DNA of 64,000 nucleotides from an uncultured Candidatus Saccharibacteria bacterium. GTDB lineage: Bacteria; Patescibacteriota; Dojkabacteria; CAZCSM01. The notes beneath the pieces are model-generated. The model did not search any database. It was not told the DNA's origin and saw only the letters and a list, made by a program, of their open reading frames with translations. The DNA is taken from the NCBI GenBank assembly GCA_964501355.1, contig CAZCSM010000006.1, positions 2,347 through 66,346 on the forward strand, written 5' to 3'. Below, piece after piece: positions 1 to 9,470 of the stretch (within the stretch, counting starts at the first letter, position 1; every line of letters starts with the position of its first letter). Made by a program: the position numbers and the translations under genes.

Positions 1-504
1 CAGACTTTAATCAAGATAGGTGACGATCCATACGAGTTTCCTTATTTGCAGGTAATGGATAAATTTTCTCAAAAATCAAAAAGTAAGGATGCTATGAGAA
101 AGCCGGGCGTTGTTATCGCCGGAAGCGGAATGTGTACAGGTGGCAGAGTAGTTGGCCACATCAAGAGGAGAATAACAGACCCAAACTCTTCAATCGTTTT
201 TGTTGGATATCAAGCAAAGGATACACTAGGACGACAGATTCAGGAGAATATGGGAACTGTCACTATTGAGGATGTCGAATATATTGTTCGCGCAAAGATT
301 ATAACAATTTCCGGTTTCTCTGCACATGCCGATCAAAATGATCTTGTAAAATGGATTACGCGATTTGACAAGGACAGACTTAAGAAACTTTTTTTAGTTC
401 ATGGAGAAGAAGATTCATTGAATAATCTTGAAAAATTGGTTGAGAGCGAACTCGATACAGATATTTATATTCCAAAGATGGGGGAATCTTTTACTTTAGA
501 TTAA
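1..504 (+). CDS. MBL-fold/beta-CASP RNA-processing metallohydrolase, C-terminal part (5' truncated by window edge)
   Basis: Frame is open from position 1. Motifs VIAGSGMCTGGRV, IVFVGYQAxxTLGR, GFSAHADQ and FLVHGE are typical of beta-CASP/RMMBL proteins. Confidence 0.9.
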   Translation, partial: QTLIKIGDDPYEFPYLQVMDKFSQKSKSKDAMRKPGVVIAGSGMCTGGRVVGHIKRRITDPNSSIVFVGYQAKDTLGRQIQENMGTVTIEDVEYIVRAKIITISGFSAHADQNDLVKWITRFDKDRLKKLFLVHGEEDSLNNLEKLVESELDTDIYIPKMGESFTLD

Positions 505-510
505 ATACAT

Positions 511-1437
511 ATGAATCAGGTAGAGCGGATTATAGAAGATATAAAAAGTTTAAAAGTTCAAGGTGCAACTAATGTTGCGAAAGCTTGTTTGGAAGGTGTA
601 AAGGTTTTTGCAAACATGTACGAGGGTACAAACTCCGATGAGTTTTTAAATGAACTGAAAGTTGTCGCTTGGAAACTTGCAAGCTCAAGGCCAACTGAGC
701 CGTTGGCACGAAACCTGATTCGGTATGTTTTATCAAACATAACCGCTGATGATATAAACCAAATTCGTGATGTACAACTTGACGATTTGATAATGTCTGC
801 ATATCAAATGATAGAAAGTGCAAAGGTCGAGATAGTACAAAATGGTACAGATTTACTTCGAAACGTTGATGCAATATTGACGCATTGTCATTCTTCCACC
901 GCGACCAATATTATCAAGGGAGTTCATTCAAACTTCCCAGAGCTGAAGGTTTTTGCAACAGAAACGCGCCCTAGATATCAGGGTCGAATTACAGCGAAAG
1001 AGCTTTTAAGTGCGGGGATAGATACAACACTCGTTGTAGATTCTGCTTCATCAATGTTCATCACCTCAACCAAGCAGCCTGATGTTGATGCAATCATTAT
1101 TGGTTGCGATGAAATAACAAAAAGAGGTTCCGCAATAAATAAAATAGGTTCTCTAGATATTGCTCTTGCTGCGAAGTATGCTGGAAAACCCTTATATGTT
1201 GCTTCTTCTTTATTGAAGCTGGATCTTTCAACTGAAGATTTTGAGCCGACAATCGAGCTTCGTGATGCTCATGAAGTTTGGCCGGAAGCACCAGAAGGAT
1301 TGGAAATCGTAAATCCTGCATTTGAGATGGTTCCGCATTCACTCGTTACAGGATTCATTACTGAAGTCGGTGTTGTTATCCCTCAGGAATTACTTATTCG
1401 GGCCGAGGAAAAATACCCTTGGATGAAAGGTTATTAA
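511..1437 (+). CDS. Ribose-1,5-bisphosphate isomerase (eIF-2B/MtnA family)
   Basis: VQGA, SRPTEP, LTHCHSST (catalytic Cys), ETRPRYQG, IIGCD (catalytic Asp), NKIGS, NPAFE. Adjacent to AMP phosphorylase. Confidence 0.88.
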   Translation: MNQVERIIEDIKSLKVQGATNVAKACLEGVKVFANMYEGTNSDEFLNELKVVAWKLASSRPTEPLARNLIRYVLSNITADDINQIRDVQLDDLIMSAYQMIESAKVEIVQNGTDLLRNVDAILTHCHSSTATNIIKGVHSNFPELKVFATETRPRYQGRITAKELLSAGIDTTLVVDSASSMFITSTKQPDVDAIIIGCDEITKRGSAINKIGSLDIALAAKYAGKPLYVASSLLKLDLSTEDFEPTIELRDAHEVWPEAPEGLEIVNPAFEMVPHSLVTGFITEVGVVIPQELLIRAEEKYPWMKGY

Positions 1438-1510
1438 TTTTGGCTTGTGATTTATTAACTTTTCTGTACTATATTGTTCTGGGAGTTTTAATTTAGGGAA
1501 TTTTGTTACT

Positions 1511-3013
1511 ATGGTTTTTTATCTTCGTGCAAAAAAGTTGGATGTGACTACTGGTGACATCTTAATCGCTACAATTAATGAAAAAGATGCTGAATTGCAT
1601 GGAGTTCGTGCCGGACAGAGTGTTCAGATTGGTTGGGGGCGAAATACCATGGTTGCAACAATTAATGTTACCGATACAGAAGTACAACCGGGAGAAGTTG
1701 GATTTTTCGAAGATGCTTGGGATCGATTTGAGGCAACTGAGGGAGATCCTTACGAAATTGTTCAAATACAAATATTACAATCTCCGGAATCTGTTAAGCA
1801 TATAATTAAGAAGCTAAAGGGTGGGAAACTCAATTTTGAGGAGATGTACGAAATAATGAAAGATATCTCGACTCATCGTTTAGGTACAATTGAAACAACA
1901 TACTTTGCCGCATGCGGATATAACCCAGGGTTTGACGAGGAAGAAATCTACTTTGCTACAAAAGCAATGGCGGAAACCGGCGACATGTTACGATTTGAAG
2001 GGATTGTTGCTGATAAGCATTCGGTTGGTGGTGTTCCTGGAAAAGGAGTAACCCCGATTGTTGTTCCAATCATAGCTACGGCTGGATTGATTGTTCCGAA
2101 CACTTCAACTCGAGCAATTACTTCTGCTAGTGCAACAACAGATATGTTGGAGGTGATTATGCCAATGGTTTTCACAAAAGAGCAAATTGAGGCTATGGTA
2201 ATGAAAACTGGTGCTTGTATGGTATGGGGTGGGGGACTTGAACTTGCACCTGCAGATGATGAGATGATTCGCGTTGAGAAACCTCTGAAGATTGAATCTT
2301 TCGATAAATTTGTGATTAGTATTTTGGCAAAGAAAGTTGCTCCAGGTATCCAATATCAACTTATCGATCTTCCATATGGTCCGGGAACAAAAATAAAAAA
2401 TCCTGACGATATTGAATATGTTGAGAAGTTGTTTAAGGAAATATCGGCCAAATTCGGTATCAAATTGGAGGTTTATAAAAGAAAACCTGTTGGTCCTGAT
2501 GGAAATGCAATTGGTCCAACATTAGAATGTCGAGAATTTCTACGAGTCCTTGAGCAAGATCCTGCACGAAGTCTTCAGCTCGAAAAGGTGTCTTTGGATA
2601 TGGCGGGAATGATTTTGGAAATGACGGGAAGAGCTGAGTCTGGAAAAGGCTTTGATATGGCCAAGGAAATATTAATTTCTGGAAAGGCACTGCAAAAATT
2701 TAAAGAGATTATTGAGGTTCAGGGCGGGAATCCCAACGTCGTATCTTCTGATTTGAGATTTGGTCCTTTGTCATACGATATAATTTCTCAAAAGACGGGA
2801 ACGATCCAGTTCATTGATAACAAGCGGGCGATGGATGTTTGTCGAGGATTGGGGAATCCGTATATTAAAGAATCCGGAATCTATTTCTATAAATCTCCTG
2901 GCCAGACGGTAAGTGTTGGTGAAAAGGTTGCGACGATTTATGCAACGACCCAGACGCGCTTGGAAATTGGAAAGGGCGTGTGGATGGAAAATGAGATTAT
3001 TAAGATAGTTTAA
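1511..3013 (+). CDS. AMP phosphorylase (archaeal-type thymidine phosphorylase family)
   Basis: DKHSVGGVPG, TSTRAITSASATTD and VWGGGLELAPADD motifs, plus the N-terminal extension typical of AMP phosphorylases; 500 aa. Confidence 0.9.
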   Translation: MVFYLRAKKLDVTTGDILIATINEKDAELHGVRAGQSVQIGWGRNTMVATINVTDTEVQPGEVGFFEDAWDRFEATEGDPYEIVQIQILQSPESVKHIIKKLKGGKLNFEEMYEIMKDISTHRLGTIETTYFAACGYNPGFDEEEIYFATKAMAETGDMLRFEGIVADKHSVGGVPGKGVTPIVVPIIATAGLIVPNTSTRAITSASATTDMLEVIMPMVFTKEQIEAMVMKTGACMVWGGGLELAPADDEMIRVEKPLKIESFDKFVISILAKKVAPGIQYQLIDLPYGPGTKIKNPDDIEYVEKLFKEISAKFGIKLEVYKRKPVGPDGNAIGPTLECREFLRVLEQDPARSLQLEKVSLDMAGMILEMTGRAESGKGFDMAKEILISGKALQKFKEIIEVQGGNPNVVSSDLRFGPLSYDIISQKTGTIQFIDNKRAMDVCRGLGNPYIKESGIYFYKSPGQTVSVGEKVATIYATTQTRLEIGKGVWMENEIIKIV

Positions 3014-3038
3014 TAATCATAAATATTATATAATGCAG

Positions 3039-3066
3039 AAGAACCTTTAATTAGGTTCTTTTGTTT
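3039..3066 (+). terminator. Probable intrinsic terminator after AMP phosphorylase
   Basis: AAGAACCT-ttaatt-AGGTTCTT stem followed by TTGTTT. Confidence 0.55.
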
Positions 3067-3230
3067 GAAGAATAAAAGTTATGTTCCTTTTGACACCAAA
3101 AGGAACCAAAAGTGCTGAAACAACCCAAATCCAACAAATAGCAACCTTTTACACATAGCTACCGGAATGGGTTGTTCCAGACCTCGGCGGCTAACAACAA
3201 AAAGCAAATAACAAAGGGGATAAGAACAAT

Positions 3231-4160
3231 ATGAAAGTAAATTTTAGCTGGAACAATTTAAAAAAAGGATTTATTGCGCTTGCTCCTATGGCGGGGATCA
3301 CGGATTCTCCGTTTAGGGAGGTCTGTCGTTCCTATGGGGCGGATGTTGTGTTTACAGAATTTGTACATGTTCGCGGTGTTGCGGCTAGAAATGAGAAAAC
3401 TTTAAAACTTTTAAACTATAAAGATGAAGAGCGACCTGTAATTGCCCAGATATTCGGAAAAGAACCAGAGTATTTTCATAAAGCGGCAAAGGTTATTGAG
3501 GAACTTGGTTTTGATGGCGTTGATATCAATATGGGTTGTCCGGCTAGGAAAGTTAAAGAACATGGTTCCGGCTCAGCACTGCTTAAAGATTTGAACCTAG
3601 CAAAAGAGATTGTCATCGCAACAAAAGAAGCGGTTTCGCTCCCTGTTAGCGTAAAAACACGCTTGGGTACAAATGAATACGAAGGATTGGCTTTCACACA
3701 AGGTTTGGTTGAAGCCGGTGCGGATCTACTAACAATCCATGGGCGAACTGTTGGTCAACAATTTGGGGGCATCGCAGATCTTGACGCCATCGCTGATATT
3801 GCGAAGTCGGTCAACATTCCTGTAATCGGAAATGGTGATGTTGTGGATTATTCTTCATATCGTAAAATGATGGAAACTGGGTGTTTTGGTGTAATGATTG
3901 GTCGTGGAGCGTATGGAAATCCTTGGATTTTCAAATCGATTAAAGACAGGAAGGACTATGCGCCATCGATTGAAGAGTTAAAGAAAGAAATCTTGCACCA
4001 TGCATCTTTAGTTGAGAATTTTTTAGATGGGGATTTTCTGCCATTTCGAAAACACCTTGCATGGTATGTCAAGGGCTTACAAAATGCACGGAGCATTCGT
4101 GCAGAGCTAGTACAAATAAATAATTATTCTGATATACTGAAAATAATAGAGAAACTTTAA
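3231..4160 (+). CDS. dusB: tRNA-dihydrouridine synthase
   Basis: LAPMAGITD, DINMGCPA, SVKTRLG, TIHGRT, GNGDV and MIGRGA motifs. Confidence 0.92.
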   Translation: MKVNFSWNNLKKGFIALAPMAGITDSPFREVCRSYGADVVFTEFVHVRGVAARNEKTLKLLNYKDEERPVIAQIFGKEPEYFHKAAKVIEELGFDGVDINMGCPARKVKEHGSGSALLKDLNLAKEIVIATKEAVSLPVSVKTRLGTNEYEGLAFTQGLVEAGADLLTIHGRTVGQQFGGIADLDAIADIAKSVNIPVIGNGDVVDYSSYRKMMETGCFGVMIGRGAYGNPWIFKSIKDRKDYAPSIEELKKEILHHASLVENFLDGDFLPFRKHLAWYVKGLQNARSIRAELVQINNYSDILKIIEKL

Positions 4161-4172
4161 AAATTTATCAAT

Positions 4173-5294
4173 ATGAGTAATCAAAAACGTGGATTTGGTA
4201 GGGGACATAACTTAAGTATCGGTATTGTTGGACTTCCTAATGTCGGAAAATCGACCTTGTTCAATGCTCTTACAAATATTAACGTCCCAGCAGAGAATTA
4301 TCCGTTTTGTACAATTGATCCTAACATAGGTATCGTTCAAGTTCCTGACGAACGACTTAATGTTCTGGCAAAGATTGTTGAGCCGGATAAAATAGTAAAT
4401 GCCGTTGTTAAATTTGTCGATATTGCCGGTCTTGTAAAAGGTGCGTCAAAAGGGGAGGGTCTTGGAAATCAATTCTTATCAAATATTCGTGAAGTTGATG
4501 CAATTGCTCATGTTATTCGATTCTTCAAAGACGATAATGTGATTCATGTTAGTAATAAAGTCGACCCGAAGGACGATGTCGAGGTCATAGAAACGGAGCT
4601 GGCCTTAAAAGATCTTGAAACTGTTGAAAAAAGATTTTCCGGATTGCAAAAAGTTCTAAAGACAGCAAAGGATGATTCTCTCGAAGCAACTGAATTTCGT
4701 GCACTGGAAAAAATAAAAGTTGTGTTGGAAGATGGCGCTTGTGCAAGAGATGTTGATTTGACCGATGATGAATATAATGTTCTCCGAAATCTCGGTTTGC
4801 TTACACTCAAGCCGATTATTTATGTTTTTAATACAAATGATTTGACAGTGGATATCGAGGAGATGAAAAAAACTGCCGGCATCGGAGAAAGTGAGTTGGC
4901 GATTAAACTTGATATCAAAATGGAATCTGATCTTACCGAAATGACTGATGATGAACGTGAGCTTTTTATGGAAGAACTCGGAATGGAAGAATCGGGATTA
5001 GAATCTCTCGCAAGAGCTTGCTACAATCTCTTGGGTCTACAGTCTTACTTTACCGCTGGAAAGATGGAAGTAAAGGCCTGGACTATTAATTCGGGAGAAA
5101 CCGCTCCACAGGCTGCCGGTAGAATTCATGGCGACTTTGAGAAAAAGTTTATTTGTGCAGAAGTCGTTGGATATAATGATTTTGTAGAATTTAACGGTTG
5201 GAACGGGGCAAGAGAAAAAGGAAAGTTGCGGATGGAGGGTAAGGACTACATTGTGAAAGACGGTGACATTATGGTGTTCAGACATGGTGCATAG
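4173..5294 (+). CDS. ychF: Redox-regulated ribosome-binding ATPase YchF
   Basis: GIVGLPNVGKSTLFNALT, NYPFCTIDPN, DIAGLVKGASKGEGLGNQFL, and C-terminal EGKDYIVKDGD. Confidence 0.96.
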   Translation: MSNQKRGFGRGHNLSIGIVGLPNVGKSTLFNALTNINVPAENYPFCTIDPNIGIVQVPDERLNVLAKIVEPDKIVNAVVKFVDIAGLVKGASKGEGLGNQFLSNIREVDAIAHVIRFFKDDNVIHVSNKVDPKDDVEVIETELALKDLETVEKRFSGLQKVLKTAKDDSLEATEFRALEKIKVVLEDGACARDVDLTDDEYNVLRNLGLLTLKPIIYVFNTNDLTVDIEEMKKTAGIGESELAIKLDIKMESDLTEMTDDERELFMEELGMEESGLESLARACYNLLGLQSYFTAGKMEVKAWTINSGETAPQAAGRIHGDFEKKFICAEVVGYNDFVEFNGWNGAREKGKLRMEGKDYIVKDGDIMVFRHGA

Positions 5295-5393
5295 TTTCTT
5301 TTTGGGTATTGTGAAATCTATTTTCATGTGGTAAACTACGCGAAGTTATGAAGTTATTTATAATAATCTATTTTTAGTTTGAGACGAGGGTAA

Positions 5394-5702
5394 ATGAACA
5401 AGTACGAAGTAATGGCAGTTTTAAAACCTCTTTTGCCAGATGATATTCGCAGAGGTACAATGGAAAAGATTGAGAAAACGGTAAAATCTCTAAAAGGTAA
5501 AGTCGTTGCATCCGAAGTTTGGGGCAAAAGACATTTAGCATATGAAATCTCCGGTCACTCTGATGGTTATTATGTTTTGTGGGGTATTGAACTTCCTGCA
5601 GAAGGTGTTGCAAAATTGGATAATGATATTAGACTTAATTCAGAAATCTTAAGACATATTATCTTGAGAACTGAAGAGTTTAATTTGACAGAGATTAAAT
5701 AA
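5394..5702 (+). CDS. rpsF: 30S ribosomal protein S6
   Basis: KYEVM...WGKRHLAYEI...ILRH; rpsF-ssb-rpsR synteny. Confidence 0.95.
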   Translation: MNKYEVMAVLKPLLPDDIRRGTMEKIEKTVKSLKGKVVASEVWGKRHLAYEISGHSDGYYVLWGIELPAEGVAKLDNDIRLNSEILRHIILRTEEFNLTEIK

Positions 5703-5745
5703 GAATCTTTATTATCGTTTAAATTGATTTATTTAGTAAAAAGAG

Positions 5746-6195
5746 ATGATGTCAGCAAGATCGTTAAACAAAGTGATGCTAATCGGAAATCTTACAAGAG
5801 ATCCGGAAATGAGACAAACACCAAGTGGTGCAGCCGTTTGTACGTTCGGACTAGCTACAAATAGTGTTTGGAAAACTTCTGATGGAGTTGTTGAAGAATC
5901 TACGGAATTTCACAATATAGTTTGCTGGAATAAATTGGCTGAGATTTGCAATCAGCTTCTTAGGAAGGGTATGAAAGTTTATGTTGAAGGAGAACTTCGA
6001 ACAAGAACTTGGGAAGATGAGACGGGCGTCAAGAAATGGAAAACAGAAATTAAGATCTCTGATATGATTCTTCTTGATAACAAAGGCAAGATATCAGATG
6101 CCGTTGTTGATGAAGTTGAAGAAGAGGATGAAGATGTTAAGGAAACTAATGATTCAGGTGAAGATGAAGTAAAACCTGAAGACGTATTATTTTAA
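5746..6195 (+). CDS. ssb: Single-stranded DNA-binding protein
   Basis: LNKVMLIGNLTRDPE, KGMKVYVEGELRTRTW, and an acidic tail ending EDVLF. Confidence 0.95.
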   Translation: MMSARSLNKVMLIGNLTRDPEMRQTPSGAAVCTFGLATNSVWKTSDGVVEESTEFHNIVCWNKLAEICNQLLRKGMKVYVEGELRTRTWEDETGVKKWKTEIKISDMILLDNKGKISDAVVDEVEEEDEDVKETNDSGEDEVKPEDVLF

Positions 6196-6212
6196 GTGAT
6201 TTGATAAGGTAA

Positions 6213-6464
6213 ATGGTCAAGAAGAAATTTAACAAAAAAAGAAATTCCTACATGTATAAAAACTTGAAATGCTCGCTTTGTGAAAGCGGTATTGATGGTT
6301 TGTCATACAAAGATGTATACAGATTGAAAAAGTTTGTGACATCAAGAGGAAGAATTCTTCCTAGAAAGAGAACTGGAACCTGCGCAAAACATCAAAAGCA
6401 AGTGACGGAAGCTGTAAAGTTAGCAAGACACGTTGCACTTCTTCCTTTCTCTGATGCAGAATAA
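6213..6464 (+). CDS. rpsR: 30S ribosomal protein S18
   Basis: CSLC...[26 protein letters not shown]...ALLPF. Confidence 0.95.
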   Translation: MVKKKFNKKRNSYMYKNLKCSLCESGIDGLSYKDVYRLKKFVTSRGRILPRKRTGTCAKHQKQVTEAVKLARHVALLPFSDAE

Positions 6465-6466
6465 AG

Positions 6467-7249
6467 TTGCATAACAACGACACTGTTTTTAAAATGAAAG
6501 TTAATCTGCCCTTAGCTTTTCCTGTTAAAATTAGGTTTATAATATACAGAGATTCTCTCTGTATATTTTTGTTTTCCCCAAAAAGCTTTTTCAAAAGAGA
6601 ATTTAACTTTCGGCTAACTTCCGATTTCTGGTTTAACCCGGATTCTCAGATTGAATACATTCTACAATTCATCAAATTGATTGAAAAGGATCTCGACTTT
6701 CAGATTCTTCTCAACGGGAAGCTGATTCCGTCCGAGTTATCTCCTGAAATCGATTCTTACAAACTGATTGTTAGAAAAGATAAACTTCTTGTGCAGGATA
6801 TTCTTCCATTTTTTGATTCTGTGGTTGAGCGAAACTTCCAAGGGTTTTCTCCGTATCTTGAAAACTTCGACGATGATAACTATTTGTATATAGATTACGA
6901 TGTGGATTTTTTTGGTGTTTTTGCAAGCAACGATTCAAGAAAGATCGGGGGGTATTGGAATCTGGGATACTTGTTTTACGAAAAGCTCGGGCTTGGATCT
7001 TTTTTAGAGCAGAGCGTCTTTGATCTAGATGTTCGTTCCTCGAAAAAAGTCTTCTCGGCTATCACCAATCAAATTAACGATATTCTCGGAAAGCAAAATC
7101 TGAACTTTTCTGATTTCTCAAGATTGTATCTGGGGGGTATTACTTCTGAGTATTTAGATGTTAAGAATAGTGATCTGCGGGTGGAGAATGACTTAGTGAT
7201 AATAGAAGATCAACATTTCGAATTACTGTTAAATCCTGAAAAGAAATGA
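6467..7249 (+). CDS. Hypothetical protein (start uncertain, possibly ATG at 6494)
   Basis: 260-aa ORF tightly packed between rpsR and the next ORF (4-nt overlap). No recognisable motif. Confidence 0.6.
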   Translation: MHNNDTVFKMKVNLPLAFPVKIRFIIYRDSLCIFLFSPKSFFKREFNFRLTSDFWFNPDSQIEYILQFIKLIEKDLDFQILLNGKLIPSELSPEIDSYKLIVRKDKLLVQDILPFFDSVVERNFQGFSPYLENFDDDNYLYIDYDVDFFGVFASNDSRKIGGYWNLGYLFYEKLGLGSFLEQSVFDLDVRSSKKVFSAITNQINDILGKQNLNFSDFSRLYLGGITSEYLDVKNSDLRVENDLVIIEDQHFELLLNPEKK

Positions 7250-8196
7250 TAGAAAGTCTTGTCCCATACAATTCAAATTTAATTCCGATAATAGATAAAT
7301 TGTTTTCTATTCAACTTCCTGTTAAATCAGATATTTTAGTTACTCCTGGAGATAAACTGACACTCAAAGATCCATTGGCAAGCCACGAATACTCACCGAT
7401 TCTAGCATCATTCGATCTGGAAGATGAGTTGTGGAATCTCAAAGTTCTACATGGTGAGCTTGTTGAAAACGGCGCTGTCTTGGCAAAGAAACGTGGTATT
7501 TTTAAATATGATAACGAAGTTATAAAAAGTAATTCGAGCGGAGTTATTGATTTATCAGTTAAAGGAAAATTGTTGATTCGTGAGGATTACAAAGATGAAT
7601 TTATCCCCGCAGGATTTGCGGCTGTGGTTTCAAGCGTTGATAGGCTGAATTTTCGTGTTGAAGTGAATTTATCCGGTGCAGGAATTTCTCCATTATTCGT
7701 TCACAATTTACCAATATCCTTATCTTGTTTGGTCGGAAAAATGGATTCCGAAGTAAAGATCTTATTTCATAAAGAAGATTCATTATTTGATATAAAACTT
7801 GAGACATCATTTGATAAATTAATTATTATTGATTATCTAAAGAAGGATGAGTTCAAATGGGTAATGGAAAATTTGAGCCGATTCACAAATGGCCTGTGTG
7901 TGATTACCAGTGCAACAAATAAACCAAGAATTGAATTAGTCCAAAGACTTTTTGAAAAAGTTGATGGAAATCGTCTATTTCTTGATAATGGAGTTCTGTT
8001 TTCAACTCTCTGGAAATCAAGATTGAAAAGCTATAAATATGCGAAAGTTAGAAAAGGAAGTCTTGTTGTTATAAATCACTTTAATAAAGCTCCGATTTCA
8101 GGTAAAATAATCTCGTTCAAGGGGCTTTATATTCTTGTTGAAACTGAAGATAAAAAGCAAAGATATGCACATTATTTGAATGTATTTAAGGAATGA
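7246..8196 (+). CDS. Hypothetical protein with barrel-sandwich-hybrid-like segments
   Basis: 316-aa ORF coupled by ATGA overlaps on both sides. Segments ILVTPGDKL..KDPLA and KVLHGELVENGAVLA..SNSSGVI resemble biotinyl/lipoyl-type half motifs. Confidence 0.6.
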   Translation: MIESLVPYNSNLIPIIDKLFSIQLPVKSDILVTPGDKLTLKDPLASHEYSPILASFDLEDELWNLKVLHGELVENGAVLAKKRGIFKYDNEVIKSNSSGVIDLSVKGKLLIREDYKDEFIPAGFAAVVSSVDRLNFRVEVNLSGAGISPLFVHNLPISLSCLVGKMDSEVKILFHKEDSLFDIKLETSFDKLIIIDYLKKDEFKWVMENLSRFTNGLCVITSATNKPRIELVQRLFEKVDGNRLFLDNGVLFSTLWKSRLKSYKYAKVRKGSLVVINHFNKAPISGKIISFKGLYILVETEDKKQRYAHYLNVFKE

Positions 8197-9431
8197 GAAA
8201 AGAAGATTCAAAGACGCTATATTCGGTTGCAGGTGTTGTAATTGTTTCCCTGGCTACATTTATTTTCGGCTTGTCGCTGGGATTAAAACAAAGTAACGGT
8301 GCAGATACGATAACAAATTACAGGTTAACGGGGCTTCTTCAACCGGAAGAAAAAACGGAAGATTTGGATTTTACACTATTCTGGAACGTTTGGGATATTC
8401 TTGAAAATCATTATGTAGATAGTAATGTCGATGAGAAGCAGATGTTCGAGGGTGCAATAAAGGGTATGGTGTCTTCTCTTGAAGATCCTGCAACCTTATT
8501 TTACTCTTCTGAAGAAACTTCCGAATATGACAGAATAACTGCCGGTAATTTCGAAGGAATCGGTGCAGAACTAGGATATAGAAACAATCAGGTAATAATA
8601 AATTCTCCAATAAAAGGTTTTCCTGCCTTTGATGCTGGTGTAAGAGCAGGGGATTTAATAGTTGAGATTGATGGCGTAAGTACCGAGGGAATGGATATTT
8701 TGGAGGCAGTTATGAAAATTCGTGGAGAGAAAGGCACTGATGTCGTTCTTAAACTTTTGTCGTTAGGAGAAAGTGAACCACACTATACAACAATTACTCG
8801 AGGAACTATTCATGTTGACAGTGTTGCATGGTCGATGAAAGAAAACAACGTTGCTGTAATTGAACTTAGTCGTTTTACTGAAGATACATTGGCAAACTGG
8901 ATGTCACTTTGGGATAAAACTGTGGATGAAGTTGTTGCTCAAAATCCTGATAAATTAATTCTTGATTTAAGAGGGAATACCGGTGGCTACTTTGATGCAG
9001 CAATCTGGGCAGCAAGCGACTTCCTACCAAAGGGATCTGTCGTTTCCTATCAAAAGGATCGGGATGGAAATAATGAGGTTTTCTCTGTGAAGCGAGATGG
9101 AAAATTGTTAGATATCCCAATGATAATTTTAATTGATCAAGGAAGCGCTTCGGCATCGGAGATATTAGCAGGTGCATTGAAACATTATTCAAGAGGAACC
9201 ATTATTGGTGAGGAGTCATATGGAAAAGGTACGGCTCAGCAAATCTTAAACTTAGAGGATGGTTCTACTTTACACATCACAACTCAAAAGTGGTTGCTTC
9301 CAGATCAATCCTGGATTAATCATGAAAATAAGATAACACCTGACATCAAAGTCGAATTCCCACGAGAAGACTTTGAGAAGGGTCTAGATCCTCAAATGGA
9401 TAAAGCACTTGAGGAGATAAAGTCAAAATAA
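8193..9431 (+). CDS. S41 family C-terminal processing peptidase with PDZ domain
   Basis: N-terminal TM segment, FEGIGA PDZ loop, ILDLRGNTGG, SASASEILAGAL, SYGKG. Confidence 0.93.
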   Translation: MRKEDSKTLYSVAGVVIVSLATFIFGLSLGLKQSNGADTITNYRLTGLLQPEEKTEDLDFTLFWNVWDILENHYVDSNVDEKQMFEGAIKGMVSSLEDPATLFYSSEETSEYDRITAGNFEGIGAELGYRNNQVIINSPIKGFPAFDAGVRAGDLIVEIDGVSTEGMDILEAVMKIRGEKGTDVVLKLLSLGESEPHYTTITRGTIHVDSVAWSMKENNVAVIELSRFTEDTLANWMSLWDKTVDEVVAQNPDKLILDLRGNTGGYFDAAIWAASDFLPKGSVVSYQKDRDGNNEVFSVKRDGKLLDIPMIILIDQGSASASEILAGALKHYSRGTIIGEESYGKGTAQQILNLEDGSTLHITTQKWLLPDQSWINHENKITPDIKVEFPREDFEKGLDPQMDKALEEIKSK

Positions 9432-9470
9432 GATATATCTTTTGTTGCAATTAATTTAGTTTCTTTCAAC

